Shown here: positions 1 to 11,803 of the stretch, piece by piece | Position numbering within the stretch: the stretch's first letter is position 1 | How the letters are laid out: each line of letters begins with the position of its first letter | Origin: Octopus vulgaris | Taxonomy: Eukaryota | Reading direction: 5' to 3' | Length of the DNA stretch: 64,000 nt | Assembly: GCA_951406725.2 (NCBI GenBank) | Contig: OX597833.1 | Span: 7,192,001-7,256,000 of the forward strand | Translations under genes and position numbers: made by a program | Notes under the pieces: model-generated | Database searches by the model: none | The model's input: only the letters and a program-made list of their open reading frames with translations | Told to the model about the DNA's origin: nothing

Positions 1-254
1 AGGGGGAAATATTGCTTTGCTTCGAATCAGGTGAGGCTTGGCAACAAATGAAGAATCTGGCTGTAGAAAATCTGCCTCAAACAATTTCTGTCTGACCCAT
101 TCAAGCACTTGGAAGATGACATTGAAACAATGACAATGATGTACAAGTATGTATGTGTGTACTGACCACCTTTCCCCACTTCTCCCCCTCTCTCTCTCAC
201 AGTCTCTCTCTCAATCTCTCTCACAGTCTCTCTCTATCTCTCTCTTTCTTACAG

Positions 255-355
255 GATCATTCTCAATGTTCTGTACACTGTTGTTGAAACCATGAGATGT
301 GTTGAAGAAACTGAAGAAGAGAAAAAGTTGAAGAACCAGTTCAAAGCAGAATTAA
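255..355 (+). CDS. STRIP1: STRIP1/2 (FAM40) orthologue, internal coding exon (first in window)
   Basis: Polypyrimidine tract + acag| at 254; encodes (R)IILNVLYTVVETMRCVEETEEEKKLKNQFKAEL, matching vertebrate STRIP1 RVLLNIMYLIVETV...TFRAEL from memory; |gtaag donor; 101 nt. Confidence 0.92.
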
Positions 356-561
356 GTAAGCCTTGGTTTTGTTGCTTGCTTTCACACATTCCCACATTCC
401 CACACATTCCCACACGCCCACACATTCCCACACACCCACACATTCCCACACATCCATACATCCCCATACTTACCTATTCACTAATTCACACCACACACAC
501 TCACTCACATCATCGAATCGACTCGTATCACACAGCCACTCCTTGCACACCATTATACATA

Positions 562-796
562 CAGGGTGGCCCAAATGTAGGTTCACAGTTATCACTTAGG
601 CACTTTAAAATTCTTTTAAAACATTTTATTACATTTAAATTCCTATCTTACAAACTGAAAAGGGAGCTTGACAAAATTAACTAAATTAGCATAGAATAAT
701 GGCTTCATATATTTTTATAATTAAAATCTAAACTGTTGATATATGAATGTGAAAGAGATAGCTTGATAAATGTAAACCTACTTTTGGGCCACCTTG
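562..796. mobile_element. Tc1/mariner-type MITE
   Basis: TIRs cagggtggcccaaa.gtaggtt / aacctacttttgggccaccttg, TA on both sides; partial second copy at about 51815-51899. Confidence 0.8.
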
Positions 797-1107
797 TATG
801 TGTATATATGTATATATATTTGATAGAATCTCCCATTGAAGGTGATGTATGAGTGTTCAGTTCTTGCTGAATGACTTCCACAAATGATTTGTTTATAGCA
901 ATCAAATGTTTGTGCTGTGTTTTGTCCCGCTTCAAATTGATGTCACCTGGACAGGTGCACCAGGTGTCAGAGTGATTGCAGAGAAATAGAGAAATGGGAG
1001 ATGAAGTGTTTCACTCAACAACACAAGGCAGCATCTGGCCCAGAAATTGAAACCACAATCTTATGATCTTGAGTGCAACACCGTAACCACTGGGCCATGC
1101 ACCCTTT

Positions 1108-1467
1108 CACACAAGCACACACTCACAAACACACACACACACACTCACAAACACACGCACTCACAACACGCACACACAAACACACGCACACACAAACACA
1201 TGCACACACAAACATGCATGCACAAACACGCACACACACAAACACGCACACAAACACACACACACAAACACACACACACAAACACACGCACACAAACACA
1301 CACACACACACAAACACAAACACATGCACACACAAACACATGCACACACAAACACACACAAATACGCACACACAAACACACACACACACAAACACATGCA
1401 CACACAAACACATGCACACACAAGCACACACACACACACACACACAAACACACACTCACAAACACAT

Positions 1468-1516
<49 letters not shown>

Positions 1517-1815
1517 AACACATGCACACACAAACACATGCACACACAAGCACGCATGCACACACAAACACGCATGCACAAACACACACTCACACAAACA
1601 CACACTCACACAAACACACGCACACACAAACACACACACACAAACACACACTCACACAAACACACGCACACACAAACACATGCACACACAAACACACACT
1701 CATACAAACACACGCACACACAAACACATGCACACACAAACACGCATGCACACTCAAACACACACACACAAACACACGCACACACAAACACATGCATGCA
1801 CAAACACATGCACTC
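1108..1815. repeat. complex (CA)n-derived minisatellite
   Basis: Units such as acacaaacacatgcac; source of the H/T and C/V-rich ORFs. Confidence 0.95.
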
Positions 1816-1959
1816 ACGGTCTACATTTCTTGTAGTAGTTGAACACTGTCTTCTTGAATGTCCTTCAAGAACCTTACACTTTGTCGGTCTCTGTTTCAAT
1901 GTTAATGATGACAAGAAAATGATGAAGATGATGTTGATGATATTTTTATATACTTTCAG

Positions 1960-2087
1960 CTATGCCATATATTGGTGATGAGATTCTTGCAGTAACACTC
2001 TTTGGAATGGTCAGCAGATTCTGCAGTGGAACAGCACCACATTTCCCAATCAAGAAGATCTTACTGCTTCTCTGGAAGATCATTTTG
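1960..2087 (+). CDS. STRIP1: STRIP1/2 exon 2 in window
   Basis: tttcag|; [43 protein letters not shown] (STRIP motif LFGMV.KFCSG.APHFP.KK.LLLLWK); |gtaagt; phase matches previous exon. Confidence 0.96.
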
Positions 2088-2413
2088 GTAAGTATTTCCT
2101 TCCACGATTTGATGCCCCACCATCCTTTGTTCCTAGGGGAACGTCTTAGAATGCTTGGTAGTCTATCTCTCATAGTGGTCTAAAAGTCCCATGGCACAAT
2201 GTTAGGACTAACACGAGACAGTGACACTAAGAATCGTCATAGTCCACTAGTTAGACCAGTATAAGGTGCAAGTGAGACGCTGGCCTCCTGCTTGTCCAGG
2301 TGAGCTTCCAGTGGCAACCTGTCCAATTAAAGCCAGCCTTCAAAGCAGGTGTAAAATGAAGTTGATGGTGCTGATGATGATGATGATCTGTGACAAACTT
2401 ACTGCAGATTCTA

Positions 2414-2806
2414 TACTCTTTTACTTGTTTCAGTCATTTGACTGTGGCCATGCTGGAGCACCGCCTTTAGTCGAGCAAATCGACCCTAGGACTTATTCTT
2501 TGTATGCCTAGTACTTATTCTATCGGTCTCTTTTGCAGAACCGCTAAGTTACGGGGATGTAAACACACCACCATCGGTTGTCAAGCGATGTTGGGGGTAC
2601 AAACACAAACACACACACATATATATATATATATACATATATATGATGGGCTTCTTTCAGTTTCCATCTACCAAATCCACTCACAAGGCTCTGGTCAGCC
2701 CGAGGCTATAGTAGAAGACACTTGCCCAAGTTGCCACACAATGGGACTGACCCTGGAACCATGTGGTTGGTAAGCAAGCTACTTACCACACAGCCACTCT
2801 TGCGCC
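2414..2806 (-). mobile_element. tRNA-derived SINE family A
   Basis: A box TGGCTGTGTGG, B box GGTCAGTCC, cttgggcaagtgtctt central domain, internal (TA/TG)n, (AAAGAGT)n tail. Confidence 0.85.
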
Positions 2807-3299
2807 TATGTAACAAATTCATTAACAAGGTATTGATTGCCCCAAGGTATTAATAAAGGTATTTTCCCAAGGTGCCCTGCTGTGGGACTGAACCTGAAAC
2901 CACATAGTTGCAAAAAGAATTTCTTAACCCAACAGCCATGGCTGCACCTCTATTCTGACTCAGCAATTTAAGGTTTGTTTCTTTCCTCCGCATCCTGAGT
3001 TGGCTGGTTTTGTTTTCTTGATCCAGTCTCATCGGATCTGTGAGGCCAAATATTGTCGGGTGTGAAGTCCACCTCCACCCTCTTATGGAAGTCACCCAGA
3101 TCCAGATCCACCCTGGCCTTCTCCCACCACCAGTACTTTTTTTACCCAGCATGCCTCACTCCAGTGCATCTTGCCAAAATCTGGCACTCAACGTCTTTCT
3201 CATCTATTAACTCTCTACTACATCCAAGCTGCTGCTGTTGCTACTACTACTACTACTACTGCTGCTACTCTCACTGCTCCTTATCTACTCCCTTTTCAG

Positions 3300-3485
3300 C
3301 TGTCCCTTGGCGGTCTGAGAGAACTTCAAGATAACAAGAACATGATCCGCAACCAACATGGTTTACCAGGCTTACCTGAAGATCCTTACGAAGTCTGCAA
3401 GAACATGCGTGCTTCCTCTCCACCCGCATCAACAGCTGATCTCATTGAACAACAAATGCCAAAACGTGGCGTCCGGGGCAAAAGG
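3300..3485 (+). CDS. STRIP1: STRIP1/2 exon 3 in window
   Basis: ttttcag|; LSLGGLRELQ...GLPGLPED...NMRASSPPASTADLIEQQMPKRGVRGKR; |gtaag; 186 nt, phase 0/0. Confidence 0.96.
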
Positions 3486-4424
3486 GTAAGGTTTGGTTTC
3501 TTCTGAAGAAAATTCCTTCTTTTTTTTATAATTCCTCATGTTGTTTTGTGTTTACACAAACACTGCTATTTCTGATACCCTTTTATCACACTGCACCCTT
3601 CACCCACATGTACCCCTATGTTTGTGTATTGAGGTGTTTGTCAGAAAACCTTTTAGTGTTGTAGAGGAGGGTACACCCCAATTACAGAGGTCTGCTGTGA
3701 CCCTTTTATTGCTGACTGGCTGTTACTTGTAAAGTATGTATGTGAGCTATTAGGCGTGGGAGATTGGTATAAAGAGTAAAATTGTCACCACCGTCATTTA
3801 ACGTCCATTTTCCATGCTGCCATGGGTTGGACAGTTTGGAAGAAACTAACAAATGAGAATGCATCAAGCTCCAATGTCTGCCTTGATATGGTTTCTATGG
3901 CTGGATGCCCTTCCCAATACCAACCACTTTATTGGGTGTACTGGGTGCCTTTTGTGTGGCACAGGCTCTCGTCAGGTTACTCAGTAATTCACAAAACCTG
4001 ACCCTTCTACTGAATTGGCAGGGGTGGTATTGAGGAAGGTGGCTTCACGCCAGGTGTTGAAAAGTTAAGGTATGAAAGACAGACAAGAAGAGGTTTTGTT
4101 CTAAGCGAGTTACCATGGTTACTCCAATCGGAAGAAAAGAAGGATGGTACTGATGATGTGTTAAAATGATGGTGGTGGTGCTTGTGTTGGTGTGGTGTTG
4201 TAGGTAGAGCAATTTATGTTGTAGGTTCAATTCTAACCAAAACCAACTTTACTTTCCATCCTTCTGATGTCAACAAAATAAAGTCTCAATCACCTGTTCC
4301 CACCTCAATTGCATTGATTACTTTCTTCAGAACAAAATCAATACAACTCCTTAATCACCTGTTGATGAAAGGTGAATTAGACGACAGCCTTTGCCTGCAC
4401 TGATACACGGATAACTAAATAGTA

Positions 4425-4622
4425 ATCTAGGAGTATTTTACTCCTGATTCAGTATACTCTCCCCCCCTTGGAATATACTCCGTGGAATGTATCATATTCC
4501 TGGTTTAATGTTCTCTCTTGTAATATACAGAGAGTAGTCTGTTGTACTCCTGGTTCAGTGTACTTCCTTGGAAAGTCCAGAGGGCCACTGTATTACAGTC
4601 CAGGTTGAATGTACTCCCTTTG
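4425..4622. repeat. degenerate minisatellite, unit about 50 bp
   Basis: Recurring tactcctggttcagtgtactcc. Confidence 0.6.
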
Positions 4623-4809
4623 AGTGTAAAGTTTGTTCTAAAAGCTCAGAGTTGGCAGGATTTTTTTTATGTTGCCTTTGTCAGCTCTGAACAGACTTAA
4701 AGGTAACCCTTACATAGCGCTGAAGGAGCACAGAGGTTGCTGATGGGTAACCCATAGGTGTTTTTGAGGTGACCCAAGATCTTTCCCTAAAGGTATGTCC
4801 AAATACAGA

Positions 4810-5360
4810 GACATGTAGGGTTTAGCTGTGTCGGGGGTGCAGTGTGGTACTTTACATGTAGGGTTTAGTTGTGTGGACTGCAGGCTGGTGTTTCTCATGT
4901 ACTGCTTAGCAGTGTGGCACGCGTGTAGCTGCACGGGGTGCTGTGTGGCACCTCACATGTAGTGTCTAGCTATGTAGAGCACAATGTGGCATTGCACATG
5001 GTGTGTTTAACTGTGGGGGTGTAGTTCATCTCTCCATTGCACATGGAGAGATGAACTGCATGGGATGTAATGTTTAGTTTTGTAGATTGCAATGTAGCAC
5101 TCCACATGTAGTGTTTAGCTGCGTAGTATTCCATGTGGCATTGCATTTGTAGTGTTTAGCTGTGCAGAGTGCAATGTGGCACACCACATGTAGTGTTCAG
5201 CTGTGTGGGATGCAGTGTATTTCATGACATGTACTGTCTAGCTGTGTGACGTGCAGTGCAGCACTGCACATGTGGGGCTTAACCATGTGGGGCAGCAGTG
5301 TAACATTCCATGCCTAATGATTAGCTGTGTGTGGTCAGGGTGCAGTGTGACTCTTCAGGT
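4810..5360. repeat. degenerate minisatellite, unit about 39 bp
   Basis: Recurring cacatgtagtgtttagctgtgt...gcaatgtggca. Confidence 0.85.
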
Positions 5361-5591
5361 GTGTTTCTTCCCTATTTGGTCCCCAGGTATTGTTGTTCAT
5401 CCCCAAATCTGCCTCAATCCAGCTAATCTATATTCAAGATCATTGTTCCAGACATGACCCTCCTTCCTTTCCCATTTGTTGAGAATGGTAGCCATTAGTT
5501 GCCTCTTCATCTTCATCATTAAATCATTTATTGCACAAGGGACTCTCTTTCATTATTGGGATTTGCTTTTGGTCCACACACATATCTGTGT

Positions 5592-5625
<34 letters not shown>

Positions 5626-5898
5626 TAATAATTTGAGGGAATATTATTCCTAACTTACAGGGAAAAATTCAATTTAGAAATACTAAATCAAATTTCACAA
5701 AATATAATATATATATAAATTAGAAAACCCCCACCTTTTATCAATTCAAGATGAAAAATTAAATTACACCATCTAGAAATTACATATAATAGAAATATTA
5801 AATATAAGATAAAAATAATATACCGATGATTAAGTAGTGTGCAAAATAATAATAAATAAAACATATATATTTGGTATATATATATATATGTATGTATG

Positions 5899-5968
<70 letters not shown>

Positions 5969-6959
5969 TATAGGTATATGTATACACACACACATACATA
6001 TCTTTCTGTATGTATGTTTGTGACTATATATATATGAGTATATATATACGAGTATATATATACATATACACACACACTTACAGGCACACATTTGCACAGG
6101 TAATCATCTTTCTTTCAAACATCTTATTAGAAAGTATGACTGTGTTTCAAGTTTAATGGGATTGTATTTTTTTTTTGTTAAGTTTTTTTTTTTCTCCCAA
6201 CTTCCTTGTTAGTCTTTTTGTCCCCAAATCCATTCGCATGATGGTTTGGGACTGTCACAAAGTCATTCTCAAAATGAGAATTCCACGCAAAAGCCCCAGA
6301 AGAATAATCAGGAAAATTTTAGAATAGCAACACCATCATCTTCGTTTAGTGTCTGCTTTCTATGGGTTGGATGGTTTGACTAGGGACTGGCATGCCAGGA
6401 GGCTGCACCAGGCTCCAATCTGATTTTCGCAAGGTTTCTACAGCTGGATGCCCTTCCTAACGCCAACCACTCCGAGAGTGTAGTGGGCGCTTTTTATGTG
6501 CCACTGGCATAGGAGCCAATCAGGCGGCACTGGCATCGACCCCATTTGGATGCTGCTTTTTATGTGCCACCAGCATGTAAAAGAAACTTACGTTAAAAAC
6601 ACATGCATTATATGTTAAAAAAAAAATAATAATTTTAAATTGGGTGTTGATGATTTTTTAGATTGTAGAATTCCTAATATTCTCTGCAATTCAATGCCAA
6701 ATGCAAAGACAACACTCTGTTGTGACATTTTATTTTCAAAATGGAATTGTGAAGGTCTAAAAATGTTAGACCTATGAGTTTAGGAAGGGATCTATTCTAA
6801 ACCAAGCTTATAGGACTAATAAGGGAATCTGAAAAATCCTTAGGAAAAAGAGCAAACTTGTTCTGTTGTGTATATATATATATATTTCTATTTGATGTGG
6901 CATCTCATTAATGAGATTGAGAATGATGATGAAAGAATTTTGACTTGTCTAGCTGATTG

Positions 6960-7104
6960 ATTGATTGATTGATGAAATGGTTATTCAAACAATCAATTAG
7001 ATAATGGGGTAAATGTTAACGAATTGAGTACTACTAATAATTAAAGAAGTGAAATAAAAACCAGTGTATATGTTTATTATTAGCGTAATGATCCTCCCAA
7101 GATC

Positions 7105-7162
<58 letters not shown>

Positions 7163-7253
7163 CATACATATATATATACATACATACATATATATATACA
7201 TACATACATATATATATACATACATATATATATACATACATACATATATATAT

Positions 7254-7313
<60 letters not shown>

Positions 7314-8748
7314 CCCTCTGTTCATGTCCCTTTTGCTCTTCGTTGCTTCATACTCCTTTAATAACCAGAAGCCATCATCCACAAGACTATCGCATACTGT
7401 TTCTCATTCTCTAACCTCATCCCTCAACTCTAAACATGTCTGTGTGTCCTCGGGCCCCTTACTCATCATATTCTTGCTCTGCCAATGACTTACCTCAGTT
7501 CTTTGTTCCTTTCTTTTCATATTAATGCCACTTTGACATCGCAGTAAATCAGCATTTAACATTTCCCCTTGCTCTTTGCTACTCTGGCTTCTCTACTCTC
7601 TGCCTTATTGTTAATGTTCCTCTTCGATGATTATATATTTCTATTTAATTATCAGTTTACTAAAGGAATAGCGATTTTGTGTGTATATATGTATTTTGTG
7701 TGTGTGTGTGTGTGCTAATATCAAACAGTGAGAATGAGTGCTCAATACCACATTGGTGGATAAATATTCTTCAACAAGACTACCAATGGTTTCATGTGAG
7801 AAATCCCTCAACAGTTATCAAACCTGTCACATTGGAATGTTGTTACTCATATCCATTTTGGACAAGAATATATGAAGCTACACAAAACCGTACGGGATTT
7901 CAGGATAAACAGGAGCTAACTTATAAGGAAAAAAAAAAAAAATCCTTATAAGTTACCTCCCATGATCTCTATTTATTTATTCTCATCCAAAATGGAGAGG
8001 GGTACCCGTTTCCATGTGGCAGGCTTGATAATTGTTAAGGGATTCTCCTTCACATGAAACCATTTGTAGCCTTGTTAACCCACAAATATATACATACAAG
8101 AGTCAATGAACAAATGAAAGAAAGTGGCACTCAACCCATTTGGTAGGAGTTACATACATCATTTAATAACAGTTTGACTCGGTTCCATATGGCTTAAATT
8201 TTGATGGACCTGTACGATGCCCCCATCTCTGTTCATGATATGTGATGAGGTGGATGCTTCGTACACATCCACAAAACTTTGTCATATTAAGTTGAGTCAC
8301 TGTTACTGAAAAAAGATATAGAGATCTATTTAAGCATACGTTTATGGTAATTCAAAATAATTGTGTTTATTTGGATGAAAGCAATGGGTTCAATGTTTCA
8401 AACTAGGGTTCTTTATTGAGAATGTTCAAGAAGAGTGAATTGTATGGGCTGCTGCTATTGTAATCTTCCTCAATAAAGAGATCTTGAGGCCATAATGGCA
8501 GACCTTTTACATTCTTCAGTGTAATTGCATCTATTTGAGGTCTTAACTTCCTGTACGACAGACTACTACAGAGGATGGCATAGGCCAACCAGTCCTGAAA
8601 CACACAACCTCATAAGAATCATATTAACCTTGTGTACATTCATCATGATGAAAGTGAGGGAGCCTTTAATGCAAGGGAGAAGACTCTTATCTTTTCCAAC
8701 ATAGGCTTTCACTGGTTGTCTCATAATCTTTGGGTTTACCTTCATGTA

Positions 8749-8785
<37 letters not shown>

Positions 8786-8822
8786 GCATGTATGTGTATA
8801 TATATATATATATATATGCATG

Positions 8823-8853
<31 letters not shown>

Positions 8854-8858
8854 GCATG

Positions 8859-8889
<31 letters not shown>

Positions 8890-8894
8890 GCATG

Positions 8895-8925
<31 letters not shown>

Positions 8926-8958
8926 GCATATATATATATATATATATATATATGCATG

Positions 8959-8989
<31 letters not shown>

Positions 8990-9110
8990 GCATGTATGTG
9001 TATATATATAGATATACATATATATGCATGTATGTGTATATATATAGATATACATATATATGTATGTATGTATGTATATATATATATATATATATATATG
9101 TATTTATATA
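6960..9110. repeat. large (TA)n/(TACA)n microsatellite blocks (7110-7308, 8745-9110); others at 5870-6070, 44350-44690, 52578-52692, 60066-60192
   Basis: Directly visible; source of the I/Y-rich ORFs. Confidence 0.9.
7771..8078. repeat. old degenerate palindrome, about 310 bp
   Basis: Inverted matches 7771-7821/8025-8078, 7850-7870/7978-7998, 7917-7930/7943-7955. Confidence 0.65.
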
Positions 9111-9294
9111 TGTGCCCTCAACATCGCTTGTCAACCAATGCTGGTGTGTTTACGTGCCTGTAACTTAGTGGTTTGGTAAAAGAGACCGATAGAATAAAGT
9201 ACTAAGCTTACAAAGAGCAAGTCCTGGCATCGATTTGCTTGACCTGAAACAAATAAAAGAATATATATATATACATACACACACACACACACAG

Positions 9295-9352
<58 letters not shown>

Positions 9353-9354
9353 AA

Positions 9355-9493
9355 CGGGAAGGTTTACGAAAATAAACAAAAGTCGAAGGCAGGTGGAGTA
9401 CAAACAAACAAATGTATTAGTATAGCGCTCAGGAATAGAAATAGAACAAGTCTTTTACGTTTCGAGCCTACGCTCTTCGACAGAAAGATACAG
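9355..9493 (-). mobile_element. short hammerhead-like-motif element, family copy 1
   Basis: Near-identical to 51215-51412 and similar to 18004-18165; inserted in (TA)n. Confidence 0.7.
9451..9488 (-). ncRNA. minimal hammerhead-like motif, variant core CTGTCGA
   Basis: Reverse complement: TCTTT CTGTCGA A GAGC-GTAG-GCTC GAAA CG TA AAAGA. Confidence 0.55.
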
Positions 9494-10095
9494 ATATATA
9501 TATATATGTATGTATGTATGTATTACAATCACAGTTGTTGTAATTGCTGGCTAGATAATATAGTGGTTCCTCCATAATTCAGGCAGATCTCCTCATTATA
9601 TACTCCCCTCCTAAGTAACCCCTCCTGATGATGCTCTGCGAGTGCATGCACATGTATTGAGTTCACTTTTAAATTCGTTTGTTTATGTAGAGGTTGATTT
9701 CTGTATTTCATTGGCACCAGAACACTTTGTTGTGAAACATAAACCTTGGACACTTACCTTTCTTTTTTATCTAGACTCCCCCCTCCCCTTTTTCTACCTT
9801 GTTGTTGTTCAATCCACTGCTTCATTGGTGTTGTTGTTGTTGTTTCCAAAATTATATTTCCTTTATTTACTCCTGCATTGAGATTTATGCAAATGTAGCT
9901 GGGACACTTCGGTGGGTGGGGGTGAAGGTGCATGTGTTTGTATGGTTTTTGTTAATGTGTAGTATTTAGGGTCTAAGTGTGTCCGATTGGTGGGGATGGA
10001 TCAAATATATTTGATCAGGGTGGATGGGTATAGATCTACTATATCTGGTGGAAAGTGAATAGATTATGATATCTAATATACTTGAGGGGGTAGTG

Positions 10096-10133
<38 letters not shown>

Positions 10134-10146
10134 AAACAAGAAAAGT

Positions 10147-10229
10147 TTAGTACAATTGTTTCATACTATAACAATTTATTAAAGCTGCAAATATTACAGC
10201 AAATATAATGTCAAGTAATCTTCAGCTAA
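10147..10229 (-). ncRNA. type I hammerhead ribozyme motif, canonical core, weak stem II base
   Basis: Reverse complement reads TTAG CTGAAGA tTACT...AGTAt GAAA C-AATT-G TA CTAA. Confidence 0.65.
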
Positions 10230-10390
10230 TTTCATATAGGTTTTCCAATAATGTAAAGTTCTCAAATCAATTAGTAACATCCTAGAGAGTGCAAATCTAC
10301 CGATAAAGTTGTAGATGTGTTATAGTATGAAACAAATGTACTAAATTACCGGATCCATTCTTATTGCTTATTTTTTGATTATATATATAT

Positions 10391-10660
10391 ATATATCAAA
10401 TAAAATCAAAAACAGAACACAAAGGATGTCGCGGTACACGTGGTTCAAGCTTTATAAATGACCTGTTCTTACATCAGTGTATAATAGATATAAAAGATGG
10501 TTTAAAGCTCTCTTCAGCCGCATACAGCCGTGGCTGAAGAGAGCTTTAAACCATCTTTTATATCTATTATACACTGATGTAAGAACAGGTCGTTTATAAA
10601 GCTTGAAACACGTGTACCGCAACATCCTTTGTGTTCTGTTTTTGATTTTATTTGATATAT
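10391..10660. mobile_element. fold-back element: two 131-bp inverted arms, each a hammerhead-containing unit
   Basis: 10391-10521 vs 10530-10660, 4 mismatches counted by eye, 8-nt spacer, (TA)n on the left. Confidence 0.8.
10530..10620 (+). ncRNA. type I hammerhead ribozyme motif, canonical core
   Basis: Stem I GTGG/CCGC; CTGAAGA (10534-10540); stem II GAGCTTT...AAAGCTT; GAAA (10605-10608); C-ACGT-G; GTA (cleavage predicted after 10616). Mirror copy on - strand at 10431-10521 has GAAA>GAAC. Confidence 0.8.
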
Positions 10661-10756
10661 TCTCTCTCACCTCTGCCACTATCTGGCATATACAGGTGCT
10701 TACACTTATCAAGTATTCACCCTAAATTTGCAGCACCTATATATATATATATATAC

Positions 10757-10975
10757 TGGAGTAAACACATAAATGTGAAACAAGGTGGAAAAAAGAGTAC
10801 TCAAATACCAGTGGTAGAGTAATATGCTTTATTTAAAAGCAGCAGAAAATTCAACAAAACCTGTTACCCTGAGTTTCACGTTCCCATTCGTCGGACAGTT
10901 TTTGCTAGAATCTGTCCGACGAACGGGAACGTGAAACTCAGAGTAACAGGTTTGTTGAATTTTCTGCTGTTCTTA

Positions 10976-10980
<5 letters not shown>
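10757..10980. mobile_element. fold-back element with inverted hammerhead-like units
   Basis: Inverted arms about 10840-10898 / 10912-10969; flanked by (TA)n; its left part resembles 38704-38770. Confidence 0.7.
10912..10949 (+). ncRNA. minimal hammerhead-like motif, variant core CCGACGA
   Basis: CTGT CCGACGA ACG-GGAA-CGT GAAA CT-CAG-AG TA ACAG; mirror copy on - strand at 10861-10898. Confidence 0.65.
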
Positions 10981-11037
<57 letters not shown>

Positions 11038-11446
11038 TCTGACTGTGGAGGTGCATGACTTAGTAGATAGGGTATTGAACTCATGATTGTAAGGTTGTGG
11101 TTTCAATTCCTGGACTAGGCAATGCATTGTATTCTTGAGCAAAACACTCCACTCCACTCTGCAGGTAAGAATGAGTCATCTTACTCCTTATGGATCAATG
11201 TGGACTTGCCGTATCTGATGGAGGGTGTATGGTCTGTTTTGGCTAACAGGTGGGGATACATACCTAGTATATCTGATGGCTGATGTCTAACAAGTTGGAA
11301 TATATTCCAAGTATTTCTCATGGGCTGGGGATAAATTCTGGGTGTTGAAATACCTTTTATATCTGAAGTGTGATGAAATTATGCTATAATATCTAACAGG
11401 TGGCTGATTATCTACATCTAATGGGTAATGATATGCTATATAAGTG

Positions 11447-11803
11447 GCACTCCGTCGGTTCTGACGACGAGGGTTCCAGTTGGTCCAATCAACGGAACAG
11501 CCTGCTTGTGAAGTTAATGTGCAAGTGGCTGAGCACTCCACAGACACATGTACCCTTAACGTAGTTCTTGGGGGAAATTCAGTGTGACACAGTGTGAAAT
11601 ACAGGTACAACAGAAACAGGAAGAAAGAGTGAGAAAAAGTTGTGGTGAAAGAATACAGCAGGGTTTGCTACTACCCCCTGCTGGAGCCTCATGTAGGTTT
11701 AGGTGTTTTCGCTCAATAAACACTCACAATAGCCAGTCTGGGAATTGAAACTGTGATCCTATGACTGAGTCCGCTACCCTAACCACTGGGCCATTGCACC
11801 TCC
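11447..11803 (-). mobile_element. tRNA-derived SINE family B
   Basis: Head GGAGG.GCAATGGCCCAGTGGTTAGGG...GTTTC.ATTCCC; tail ...cgtcgtc.aaccgacggagtgc. Confidence 0.85.

Noticed and set aside
1047-1978. Long His/Thr- and Cys/Val-rich ORFs (up to 301 aa)
   Set aside because: Translations of a (CA)n-derived repeat in an intron; open in many frames on both strands
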